Shown piece after piece: positions 10,592 through 18,800 of a stretch of DNA of 64,000 nucleotides. Numbering within the stretch: the first letter of the stretch is position 1; every line of letters begins with the position of its first letter. The notes under the pieces are model-generated. The model worked only from the letters and a program-made list of their open reading frames with translations. It did no database searches and was not told the DNA's origin. The stretch is from Gammaproteobacteria bacterium. GTDB lineage: Bacteria > Pseudomonadota > Gammaproteobacteria > UBA1113. The stretch is from assembly GCA_021156165.1 (NCBI GenBank), contig JAJNBM010000002.1:792-64791 (forward strand), given 5' to 3'. A program made the translations under genes and the position numbers.

Positions 10592-11793
10592 TATTGACTC
10601 CCATCGCTTGAACTAAGATAAGTATTGCCAGATGCAGATGAATCCAAGTAGCTATCACTGCTATTGTTCGCTGTACTCGCTGCTGCTGCCGCTAAATTTG
10701 CGTTTTGTTTATCCTCATTGCTGACGGCACCATCCACAGGATTATCTACCTCACCCGAATCTCCCAACATTTTGTCAATGGGCACATTCAAAAACAATTG
10801 GTTGCCTTTATTCACATCGATAAACAATTTACTGGTGTTAGACAGTACGGATTCTACCGTGCCTAAATAGAGACGTTCCCGCATTACCCCCGGTGAACGG
10901 CGGTATTCTGGTAACATCGCCAAAAAGCGCGCTGTTTCGCCTTGCGCATTCAACACGACTTGTTCTTTGTATGCTTTAGCACTCGCTAATAAACGCTGCG
11001 CTTGCCCCAAGGCTTCTGGAATGACTTTTTCCTGATAACCACGCGCCTGATTAACAATCTGCTCGCGCTCTTGCTCCGCTTTGATGGCATTGTCAAATGC
11101 ATCTTTGACTTCCTCTGGTGGTTTTGCAGGCTGTAAAGCCACATCCACCACTTGCATGCCTACCCCATAACTTTTTAAGATATAACTTAACTGTTCTTGT
11201 ACTCCCGCACGCACATCCTCACGGCCGCTGGTTAATACCTGATCCAAAGTGGTATTACCAATGACCTGGCGCAATGCGCTGGCAGTAGATTCTTGCAAGG
11301 TGGCAACGGGATCGACCACATTAAATAAAAAGTTACGCGCATCGCTAATGCGATATTGGATAGCGATATCGACATTAACTATATTTTCATCTTTCGTCAG
11401 CATATCCGCATTATAGGAATAAGAAAAAACGTGTTGCTCATCTACCTTATAGACGCGATCGATTAGGCGGGGCGCCCAATGCGGGCCGTCGCCCACCGTT
11501 TTAATGTATTTACCCATGCGCAGCACAACTGCTTTTTCCGCCGGTTTAACGATATAAAAACCCGACAATATCCACAAGACAGCGACGACGCCAATAATCC
11601 AACCCCATGGCAAACCATTTCCGGAATCAGGAGCCTGGCCTGAGCCCTTAGGCTTGGCTTTACCGAATACCCGACGTAATTTATCTTGTATGTCTTTCAG
11701 CAATTTATCAATATCTGCCGTATCATTGCCGTTGGCTGGCTTCTTGCCCCACGGGTCATTGTTCTTCTGATTACCAGGTTGATTCCAAGCCAT
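10591..11793 (-). CDS. hflK: Protease modulator HflK (SPFH/band-7)
   Basis: MAWNQPG…GKKP N-terminus, a TM helix, the SPFH domain, and the Ala/Ser-rich C-terminus typical of HflK. Confidence 0.88.
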   Translation of the reverse strand: MAWNQPGNQKNNDPWGKKPANGNDTADIDKLLKDIQDKLRRVFGKAKPKGSGQAPDSGNGLPWGWIIGVVAVLWILSGFYIVKPAEKAVVLRMGKYIKTVGDGPHWAPRLIDRVYKVDEQHVFSYSYNADMLTKDENIVNVDIAIQYRISDARNFLFNVVDPVATLQESTASALRQVIGNTTLDQVLTSGREDVRAGVQEQLSYILKSYGVGMQVVDVALQPAKPPEEVKDAFDNAIKAEQEREQIVNQARGYQEKVIPEALGQAQRLLASAKAYKEQVVLNAQGETARFLAMLPEYRRSPGVMRERLYLGTVESVLSNTSKLFIDVNKGNQLFLNVPIDKMLGDSGEVDNPVDGAVSNEDKQNANLAAAAASTANNSSDSYLDSSASGNTYLSSSDGSQ

Positions 11794-11955
11794 GACTTAC
11801 TCCACTCAGTGATTCTGCCTTAAAAATAAACAATCTATGCCGTGCGCTACATCCGTTATTGCGCAACGTAATATTCTATCATTATTCGTAGATTGAGTAC
11901 TAGCGTGTATTAGAGTACACTATCTTCCAATTGATCCTACCTATAAAGCAGCATT

Positions 11956-12780
11956 ATGTCGACTTCTAAAACCATTTTTTTTATCTCCGACGGCACAGGC
12001 ATCACGGCGGCAAATGTAGGCCATAGCCTATTAACGCAATTTCCGAATGTACAGCTCATTAAGCAATTTAGGCCTTTTATAGACTCCCTCGAAAAAGCAC
12101 GGGCCGTTGTCAGCGAAATCAACAGCGTCTACCAAAAAGAGGGCGAAAAACCTGTGCTGTTTACCACCATTGTCGATGACTCATTACGCAATGAAATTGG
12201 GAAAAGCCATGCCATTATGCTGGATTTTTTCCATGGCTTTATTCAACAACTAGAAACACATTGGCAAATATCCTCAAGCAGCCGCATAGGCGGTGCCCAT
12301 GCTTTAGAAAATAATCCAGCGTATAATATGCGCATAGATGCGCTCAATTATACGTTGAGCACAGATGATGGTTTAGGCTACCAATTATACCCCCAAGCCG
12401 ATGTGATTTTGGTGGGCGTTTCTCGCTCAGGCAAAACCCCCACCTGCCTTTATTTAGCAATGCATTTTGGTATTTACGCCGCCAATTATGCTTACACCGA
12501 GGACGATGGGCGATACTTTGAATTACCCCCCGCATTAAAAAAAGAACGTCATAAACTATTTGGCTTGATTATTGCTGCCGATCACTTACATGCGATTAGA
12601 AGCAAACGTAAACCCAATACCGATTACGCATCCTTAGCACGTTGTCAACGCGAGCTAAAAAACATGAATGATTTATTGTTGCGCGAGAAAATCCCTTTTA
12701 TAGACGCCACGGTGCGATCGGTAGAAGAGATTTCGACAACAATTGTAACGCAAATGGGCTTGACGCGCAGGGACGTGTGA
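11956..12780 (+). CDS. ppsR: Phosphoenolpyruvate synthase regulatory protein (bifunctional kinase/pyrophosphorylase, DUF299)
   Basis: FFISDGTGITAANVGH…, P-loop VGVSRSGKTPTCLYLA, and …GLTRR at the C-terminus. Collinear with E. coli YdiA/PpsR. Confidence 0.85.
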   Translation: MSTSKTIFFISDGTGITAANVGHSLLTQFPNVQLIKQFRPFIDSLEKARAVVSEINSVYQKEGEKPVLFTTIVDDSLRNEIGKSHAIMLDFFHGFIQQLETHWQISSSSRIGGAHALENNPAYNMRIDALNYTLSTDDGLGYQLYPQADVILVGVSRSGKTPTCLYLAMHFGIYAANYAYTEDDGRYFELPPALKKERHKLFGLIIAADHLHAIRSKRKPNTDYASLARCQRELKNMNDLLLREKIPFIDATVRSVEEISTTIVTQMGLTRRDV

Positions 12781-12834
12781 TTTGCCCAAATCACTCTATT
12801 CAGCTCTTATGAAAGAGCATGTCAGGGGTATTTA

Positions 12835-13776
12835 ATGAAAATATTGAGTCTTTTGAGTGTATTCATTTTATTTACTGTGGTTGCGCATGCCGCCCCCACT
12901 GAAAAATTTTTGTTTCTTGGCGGAAATGATACTCTACAGCTGGCCCAAGTAAGAAATAGTATAAGTCGAAGCGATATTGCGGGCGTGCAAATGGTTTATT
13001 CCTGGCAATCATTGGAGCCAGAAGAAGGACAATACGATTTTACACAGATAGAAAAAGATTTGCGCTTTTTAAACAGCCTACATAAAGAACTTTTCATCCA
13101 GATCCAAGACCGATTTTTTGAACCTCAGGCGAAATATATACCCTCTTATTTATTGAAGGATCCTAAATATAAGGGTGGTTTAGTTCCCCAATGGGATAAA
13201 CCAGGTGAAAATAAGCCTTTGGTAATGGGTTGGGTAGCACAACAATGGAATCCAACTGTAAGAACACGTTATCAAGCATTGTTACGGGCGCTGGCGATGC
13301 ATTTTGACGGAAAGGTTTATGGCATCAATTTACCCGAAACGGCTATAGACATTGATATGAAACACGACCAAAGCGGCTTTACTTGTGATAGATATTTTGA
13401 TGCGGAAATAGACAATATTACGTTAACAAGAAAAGTCTTTAAACACAGCTATGTGGTGCAATATGTTAATTTCTTCCCTTGCGAATGGAATAATGATCAC
13501 AATTATATGGGTAGATTATTTGATTATGCTGTACAAAACCATATAGGTTTGGGAGGGCCAGATGTTGTTCCTTATAAAAAAGGACAAATGAAAAATAGTT
13601 ATCCATTCTTCCATCAATATAGAGGAAAATTGGTCTTGGTTGTGATGGCTATACAACAACCCACACATACCTATATTAATCCCCAAACTAAAAAGCCATT
13701 TAGCGACCAGGAATTACAGGATTTTGCTCATAACTATTTAGGGGCAAACATTATATCTTCAAGTATTAGTAAATGA
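12835..13776 (+). CDS. Secreted hypothetical protein (signal peptide; possible glycosidase-like fold)
   Basis: Cleavable signal MKILSLLSVFILFTVVAHA followed by 313 aa. I see no recognisable catalytic motif. Confidence 0.45.
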   Translation: MKILSLLSVFILFTVVAHAAPTEKFLFLGGNDTLQLAQVRNSISRSDIAGVQMVYSWQSLEPEEGQYDFTQIEKDLRFLNSLHKELFIQIQDRFFEPQAKYIPSYLLKDPKYKGGLVPQWDKPGENKPLVMGWVAQQWNPTVRTRYQALLRALAMHFDGKVYGINLPETAIDIDMKHDQSGFTCDRYFDAEIDNITLTRKVFKHSYVVQYVNFFPCEWNNDHNYMGRLFDYAVQNHIGLGGPDVVPYKKGQMKNSYPFFHQYRGKLVLVVMAIQQPTHTYINPQTKKPFSDQELQDFAHNYLGANIISSSISK

Positions 13777-13791
13777 AAGTCTAAGTAGAAA

Positions 13792-14718
13792 TTACAGATC
13801 GATGTCGTACATCTGTATATCCAGGGTATCCCCATTTCTCTCAGCGGCTAATAAAGAATATTCTGGTATTCTGATCCACGAAGAAGGGTCAATCGTTAAA
13901 GGCTCAGAAGAAACAATAATACTGTTCTTCAAGGGGTAACCTCGCATCTCATAATGCTCATCTATTCCAGTATACGCTTCGCCCAACGTGTACCACAATG
14001 AGTGATAATCTAAATGTGCATCTAATATTCCAGGTAAGTAATGTCCATAGTCAATAACATACCGTGTCGCAATTAACTTCTGGCCGTCTGTAATAAAAAA
14101 ATTGAGCGGTGAAAAAAAATCTATACCGTTATCACCGCGTATGATTCTTAAAATGTCAAAACTTTCGAATACGGCTTCTATCATTTCCCGAAGCGTAGGC
14201 GCTAATGATGGCAAGCGGCTTAGAAACAAGGCATACAACCATTCTGTATCGGTAGAGCCTTTAATTTGTGAAAAATACTGCGGCTTTATTTCTGCGCTCA
14301 AAGCCGCTTTTAACGAGTCCAAATGGCTGAGGGTTCCATTGTGGGCCATTACCACATTGGTCCCTTCAAACATAAAGGGATGCACATTTTGTTGTGAAAC
14401 GATATTGTCTCCGCTCACTTGTTCCCCTTCATAAGACAAACCACGCACATGCGCTAATACGCATTCTCCTTTTATCTTTGCAGCAATATTCTCTAAATTT
14501 TTATCATAAAAGGGCAAGGTAATGGACCTGAACACCATCGGTTCTGCTGGAACCAAGAATTGTTGACTCCATACAGCCATACCAAAACCTCCCAAATTTT
14601 GAATACCTCGCATATAGCGCGGATCATACGCTTGCTTTACCAAAGAAGCATCCGTTTTGTATAATAAATCATGAAAACTTAATGTTTGGCCCAAATACAT
14701 GAATGCTCTACACATTAT
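13792..14718 (-). CDS. Class II (Ntn-type) glutamine amidotransferase domain protein
   Basis: The true start is MCRAFMYLGQ, with the Cys nucleophile right after the initiator Met, which is the signature of class-II GATases (YafJ/EgtC-like). The track ORF extends 12 codons further upstream. Confidence 0.6.
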   Translation of the reverse strand: MMCRAFMYLGQTLSFHDLLYKTDASLVKQAYDPRYMRGIQNLGGFGMAVWSQQFLVPAEPMVFRSITLPFYDKNLENIAAKIKGECVLAHVRGLSYEGEQVSGDNIVSQQNVHPFMFEGTNVVMAHNGTLSHLDSLKAALSAEIKPQYFSQIKGSTDTEWLYALFLSRLPSLAPTLREMIEAVFESFDILRIIRGDNGIDFFSPLNFFITDGQKLIATRYVIDYGHYLPGILDAHLDYHSLWYTLGEAYTGIDEHYEMRGYPLKNSIIVSSEPLTIDPSSWIRIPEYSLLAAERNGDTLDIQMYDIDL

Positions 14719-15742
14719 CGACCTCCTGACCCGCTTGATACATATCTTCCACATTTAATTGTAAAAATATCCAATTGATACAAGCCATTTGTGCCCCTAT
14801 CGAAGACCACAAGACTCGCATTATTTTATCCCATAAGAGAGAATTTCTTTCTTTTATAGTGGCCAACACATCTTTGTTTAGAGACAAATAGATACCATCT
14901 TCACGCATAATGTAACGGTAAGCAGGCGCTAATTTGTCAATATACTCTACTGTGCCAAAGACTTCTCCGGGGCCATAAGTTGCTATTTTAATCCTATGGT
15001 CTCCTAGCACCATCGCTTGCACCGCGCCCCATAACGGCCAATAAAAACACTCGCCTTGTATATCGCTATTATGAATGATATCGCCGCGGTATAAAACATG
15101 CAGCTTAACCAAACTGCTTAGAAGATCAATCTCATCTTGGCTCAAGGTATTAAAAAATGGAATAGGAAAAGGCGGAGTCCCGGGTATTTGTAAAAATTCT
15201 CTAAGACTTGAAGTATTTAAGCTATCAATTCCTTTTTTTGACGGCTCTGCAAATCGTTCGTGGATTTGCCAAACTTCTTGGTGTTTCGCCTTGCTTGGGA
15301 TATAGTGTAATAATTGGCGGCTGCGCTCACAGCAACGTAAAGCAATCGCGTGTTTTATCTTGTCGCTTAATTGCCTATAAATAACAGAAATAGTCTGTAA
15401 ACTGTTAGGGGTTAACAATATTCCTGTGACATCTTCTTTTGCAATGACGCTAGAGGTCGCCACAAAATTTGAAAGCAAAGAAACTTCTCCGAAAATATCC
15501 CCCGTTTTTAGCGAAGCAATGTTCAGTTCAGTACCGCCAAAGATTTTCAACCAAACTTCAACGCTTCCTGACAGCAGGATATGCAAGCCCCGATGTTTAG
15601 TGGCTTGCGAAATAATGCGGGTCCCCGCTGGAGCGGAAAAAGGCTGTAAATAACTCATTAACTGTGCCAATTCTTCTGGCAACAAATCCGCAAATAAAGG
15701 TATCTCTTTGAATTTACTCTCTAAATTGTGCATACCGCCCAC
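14708..15742 (-). CDS. Protein with tandem cyclic-nucleotide-binding (cNMP/Crp-like) domains
   Basis: Two cNMP-binding folds, each with a GDIFGE / GEVFG phosphate-binding-cassette-like motif (…GDIFGEVSLL… and …GPGEVFGTVEY…). Confidence 0.6.
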   Translation of the reverse strand: MGGMHNLESKFKEIPLFADLLPEELAQLMSYLQPFSAPAGTRIISQATKHRGLHILLSGSVEVWLKIFGGTELNIASLKTGDIFGEVSLLSNFVATSSVIAKEDVTGILLTPNSLQTISVIYRQLSDKIKHAIALRCCERSRQLLHYIPSKAKHQEVWQIHERFAEPSKKGIDSLNTSSLREFLQIPGTPPFPIPFFNTLSQDEIDLLSSLVKLHVLYRGDIIHNSDIQGECFYWPLWGAVQAMVLGDHRIKIATYGPGEVFGTVEYIDKLAPAYRYIMREDGIYLSLNKDVLATIKERNSLLWDKIMRVLWSSIGAQMACINWIFLQLNVEDMYQAGQEVDNV

Positions 15743-17065
15743 CTATATTCAAATTATATCTTAGAGTATATACCAAGATTTGAGATATTGTGGTTAACCC
15801 TCTCTATCCATTACATTTTTTTTAGGGCAACCCTTCTGAGGACCTATACTGCCAGGAGCAGGCCACCACAAGGGGGTTATGCTTTATGGCAAATCGGCAT
15901 CTTTATCCTGCTTGTCTACCTTTACGGAATACGCTATGCTTGTGACCTTATGTTTACCCCCTTACATCATTTAAAGCAGCGTATTACCCACTCTCTCTGG
16001 GAAGCCGATCCCGGATACTTGCACCTACGACAAGGAACTCGCACTTTGTTGGCATCCATTATCACGCTGTTAGTTTGCTCTTGGCCCGGACTGTATACGC
16101 GCGTATTGGCTGGTTTTGCAGCCGGATTAGTTTGCCAGGGAATCAGCGGCATCAATATAACCGCACAAAAAAAGACCTTTACCATTGCAACCACAGCCTT
16201 GTTAGCTTATTTTTCCCTGATATCCTATGTGAGTCCCTATCCTCTAGTAATAGCAATCGTTATCATTTGCGCAAGTTTTAGCGTTTTTGCTCTACGGGCC
16301 CTAGGCCCCCGTTATGCCCTCTTTCCTTTATTCGTTTGGATTATGGGATTTATGACCAGCCTCTTCCCCAGCGCCACAGGTACTGATTTTATAATGCGCT
16401 TAGGCTGCATCGCCTTGGGTTGTGGCATTTCTTTTTTAGTTTATTTTTATTTATTGCCGCCGCGCCCTTTATCTTATTTTTTCGAAAATATTCGCTATTT
16501 TATCATCCTAGTGCATACCCGCAGTTTAACCTTAGAAAGGCAACTGCATCAACCCAATCCTTTTAAAGGAAAAGAAAAATACTCTTTAACATTACGTTAC
16601 TCTTTAAGAAAATATTACCTGCACAATCAAACCATTTTAGCTTCATTTGAAGTGGCAGATTTCACCCGAAAAAATTTATTTTTGTCGTTGCTGGCGAGCC
16701 ACTATTTAGCAGGGAAAGCTTTGTTAATGCTGCAGGATAATCTCATTACCTTAGCGCGGGGCATTTTAATTGAAGACGATCAAATTAAAATAGCGCTTTG
16801 TCAAAGCTTAAAAGAGCTCAGCGCTTTTACGCAGAATATAGACGTGCGGGCAAGTTCACTCAAAGTTATTCTAAAAGATAGAACCCTTACTTGCCTTAAA
16901 AGTGTTAGCACCTTAAAAGAACTATTGGAAAAGTCCACCTTAAATACTGTCGATTTAGTACCTTTGTACCAGTTCATTAACAGTCTTAATGAATTATGCG
17001 ATTGTTTATGCGCGTTTGCACAAGAACCCATCTTAGAGGCAGAAGAAGCCAGTTATGCTCAATAA
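15728..17065 (+). CDS. FUSC/ArAE-family-like integral membrane protein (putative efflux component). Start uncertain; a later Met such as 15944 is possible.
   Basis: Many TM helices. The …LRQGTRTLLASIITLL… motif resembles the FUSC R-x-x-GT-x-x-G motif. The C-terminus is a soluble helical domain, as in FUSC/YccS. Confidence 0.45.
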   Translation: MHTAHLYSNYILEYIPRFEILWLTLSIHYIFFRATLLRTYTARSRPPQGGYALWQIGIFILLVYLYGIRYACDLMFTPLHHLKQRITHSLWEADPGYLHLRQGTRTLLASIITLLVCSWPGLYTRVLAGFAAGLVCQGISGINITAQKKTFTIATTALLAYFSLISYVSPYPLVIAIVIICASFSVFALRALGPRYALFPLFVWIMGFMTSLFPSATGTDFIMRLGCIALGCGISFLVYFYLLPPRPLSYFFENIRYFIILVHTRSLTLERQLHQPNPFKGKEKYSLTLRYSLRKYYLHNQTILASFEVADFTRKNLFLSLLASHYLAGKALLMLQDNLITLARGILIEDDQIKIALCQSLKELSAFTQNIDVRASSLKVILKDRTLTCLKSVSTLKELLEKSTLNTVDLVPLYQFINSLNELCDCLCAFAQEPILEAEEASYAQ

Positions 17066-18068
17066 TGCTCATTTTCGTCTAGGGTTACAAGCCGCCATTG
17101 CCATGGCCATTGCTTTAAACATACAACATTTTTATCATTTTGAACGGTCTTACTGGTCTGTGTTCACCAGTATGATTTTATTTTCCCAGACTTTGGGCAG
17201 CAGCATTAAAAGATCATTAGAACGCATCGTTATGACTATTTTTGGCGGCAGCCTTGCCACTGGACTTTATCTACTGATGCCTACAGAACAGTTTCCTATC
17301 GTAACGATCATCCTTTGCAGTGTGTTTTTTCAAATTTGTTTTTTACAACGTTTCTACTTGGGCTCAGCTTTTTTCGCTTCCGTTTTTGTCGTTTTCTTTT
17401 TCGCTTTGGTACAATCTTGGAGCGTGCATTTATTGATGGTGCGTATAATAGAAACCATATTGGGTGCAGCCATTACATTATTATGTAGCTTTTTAATCTT
17501 TCCTATTAAAACCGAAGAAACGCTGCTGGCTAAAATCCCCTTGTTTATAGCCGATGCCCGAGCTTTGTCGGATCAAATATTAGAAACCTTGTTCTCGCCG
17601 CAGGCAAACTCCAAGATCATGTTGAAAAGGGCAAATGCCTGCCTTGTATTGTTGTCTGAATTAGATCAAGAGTATGCGCATTTAGGATATGAATTGGGAC
17701 GGCATCACAGCAAAAAAGAAATCAAACACACTTTAAAGGCATTGAGCTATTTTTACCATTATCTCAGCGGTGCAGCCTCCTGGTTATTGCATTTACAGGA
17801 TAGATCCTTATTTTTAGTATTAAAAGACGAATTGCGCGCACTATTGGATGCTGCCCTAGAGGATTTAAGCGACATTAACACAGCGCTTATTGCCGAAAAA
17901 AGGATTGTATTTAGTCCCGCATTTTCAATGCGATATGACATTTTACAGCAAAAAGCGGCTACGTTAGCGCAAAATCCCGTCTATAGCCGCCAAGCCTGGC
18001 TAGATTACTATGCCTTATGCCATTTTTTAAAGAGCATGGATCAGGCGCTTAGAGTATTGGCAAAGTAA
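17055..18068 (+). CDS. FUSC/ArAE-family-like integral membrane protein (paralogue of the preceding gene)
   Basis: …YWSVFTSMILFSQTLGSSIKRSLERIVMTIFGGSLATG… matches the FUSC N-terminal motif region. Confidence 0.5.
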   Translation: MLNNAHFRLGLQAAIAMAIALNIQHFYHFERSYWSVFTSMILFSQTLGSSIKRSLERIVMTIFGGSLATGLYLLMPTEQFPIVTIILCSVFFQICFLQRFYLGSAFFASVFVVFFFALVQSWSVHLLMVRIIETILGAAITLLCSFLIFPIKTEETLLAKIPLFIADARALSDQILETLFSPQANSKIMLKRANACLVLLSELDQEYAHLGYELGRHHSKKEIKHTLKALSYFYHYLSGAASWLLHLQDRSLFLVLKDELRALLDAALEDLSDINTALIAEKRIVFSPAFSMRYDILQQKAATLAQNPVYSRQAWLDYYALCHFLKSMDQALRVLAK

Positions 18069-18086
18069 TCAACAACATGGTATAAT
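18057..18086 (+). promoter_or_regulatory. Putative sigma-70 promoter for ssrA (TTGGCA-18 bp-TATAAT)
   Basis: A -35/-10 pair ends 12 bp upstream of the tmRNA 5' end. Confidence 0.4.
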
Positions 18087-18097
18087 TATAATGTATA

Positions 18098-18479
18098 GGG
18101 GGCGACCTGGTTTCGACGTGGGTTGCAAAACCTAAGGCGCATGTCGAGGATGTAGCTCACCTCGTAAATCACGCTGCAATTAAAGTAATCGCAAACGACG
18201 AAAACTTTTACGCTGTTGCCGCTGCTTAGTCAGTGGCTTGCTGCTTAAAACACAGCACGGCGCCAGCACCCTAGCCCGCCTGTGGGCTTACGGTGAGGGT
18301 AATACAATACAGGACCGCTGACGAAAGTATGCCCTACTGAGTCAGTTAAATTTAGGGCTTCGCTGCTGAGGATCCTGCCGATTGGAGCCTAAGTAGTCAA
18401 ATTAAATAATACGGCTAAACATGTAGTGCTAAGGGCGGAGAATTTACGGACGCGGGTTCAATTCCCGCCGCCTCCACCA
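18098..18479 (+). ncRNA. ssrA: tmRNA (SsrA, transfer-messenger RNA)
   Basis: 5' GGGGGCG pairs with the 3' CGCCUCCACCA acceptor stem, including a G3·U wobble as in tRNA-Ala. T-arm GGGTTCAATTCCCG. Internal tag ORF GCA AAC GAC GAA AAC TTT TAC GCT GTT GCC GCT GCT TAG = ANDENFYAVAAA* at 18191..18229. Ends in CCA. Confidence 0.93.
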
Positions 18480-18488
18480 AATAAAAAA

Positions 18489-18517
18489 GTAGACCCACCG
18501 GGTCTATTTTTTTATTT
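18489..18517 (+). terminator. Rho-independent terminator of ssrA
   Basis: Hairpin GACCC-acc-GGGTC followed by a long T-run. Confidence 0.7.
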
Positions 18518-18611
18518 GGTGATGTCGCTAGATGTGAAATCGCATCCGGTACCGACGCAGGGCGAGCTGGAAGTAGGCGAAACAACGTTTCGCCCCAGCG
18601 AGCGCCGAAGT

Positions 18612-18680
18612 CAGGATGGCGGAGGCTTGCGAGCAATGCACGATTGCATTGCGATGCAAGAATTTCCGCCACCTCCACCA
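18612..18680 (+). repeat. Partial direct duplicate of the tmRNA 3' end (att-like remnant)
   Basis: The 18612-18680 segment ends …TTCCGCCACCTCCACCA, which matches tmRNA …TCCCGCCGCCTCCACCA at 15 of 17 positions, and it also carries a GGCGGAG block as at tmRNA 18434-18440. Confidence 0.6.
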
Positions 18681-18800
18681 AATGAAGATTCTATTAAAAG
18701 TGATAGCCGTCGCATTTAGAGAAATATGCCTTTTCTATAGTCGCTCGTGGCCAAGGAAAAGGCACAAAAATTAGTCCTGATTATCTACATACCATACTGC

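Noticed and set aside
12835-13776. Possible glycoside-hydrolase assignment for the 313-aa secreted protein
   Set aside because: There is a signal peptide, but I could not identify any diagnostic catalytic motif by eye, so it is left as hypothetical.
18415-18719. ORFs 18415..18681(-) and 18426..18719(+) from the six-frame track
   Set aside because: They lie entirely within ssrA (tmRNA), its terminator and the att-like duplicate. Their PPPP runs simply translate the CCTCCACCA/GGTGGAGG repeats.
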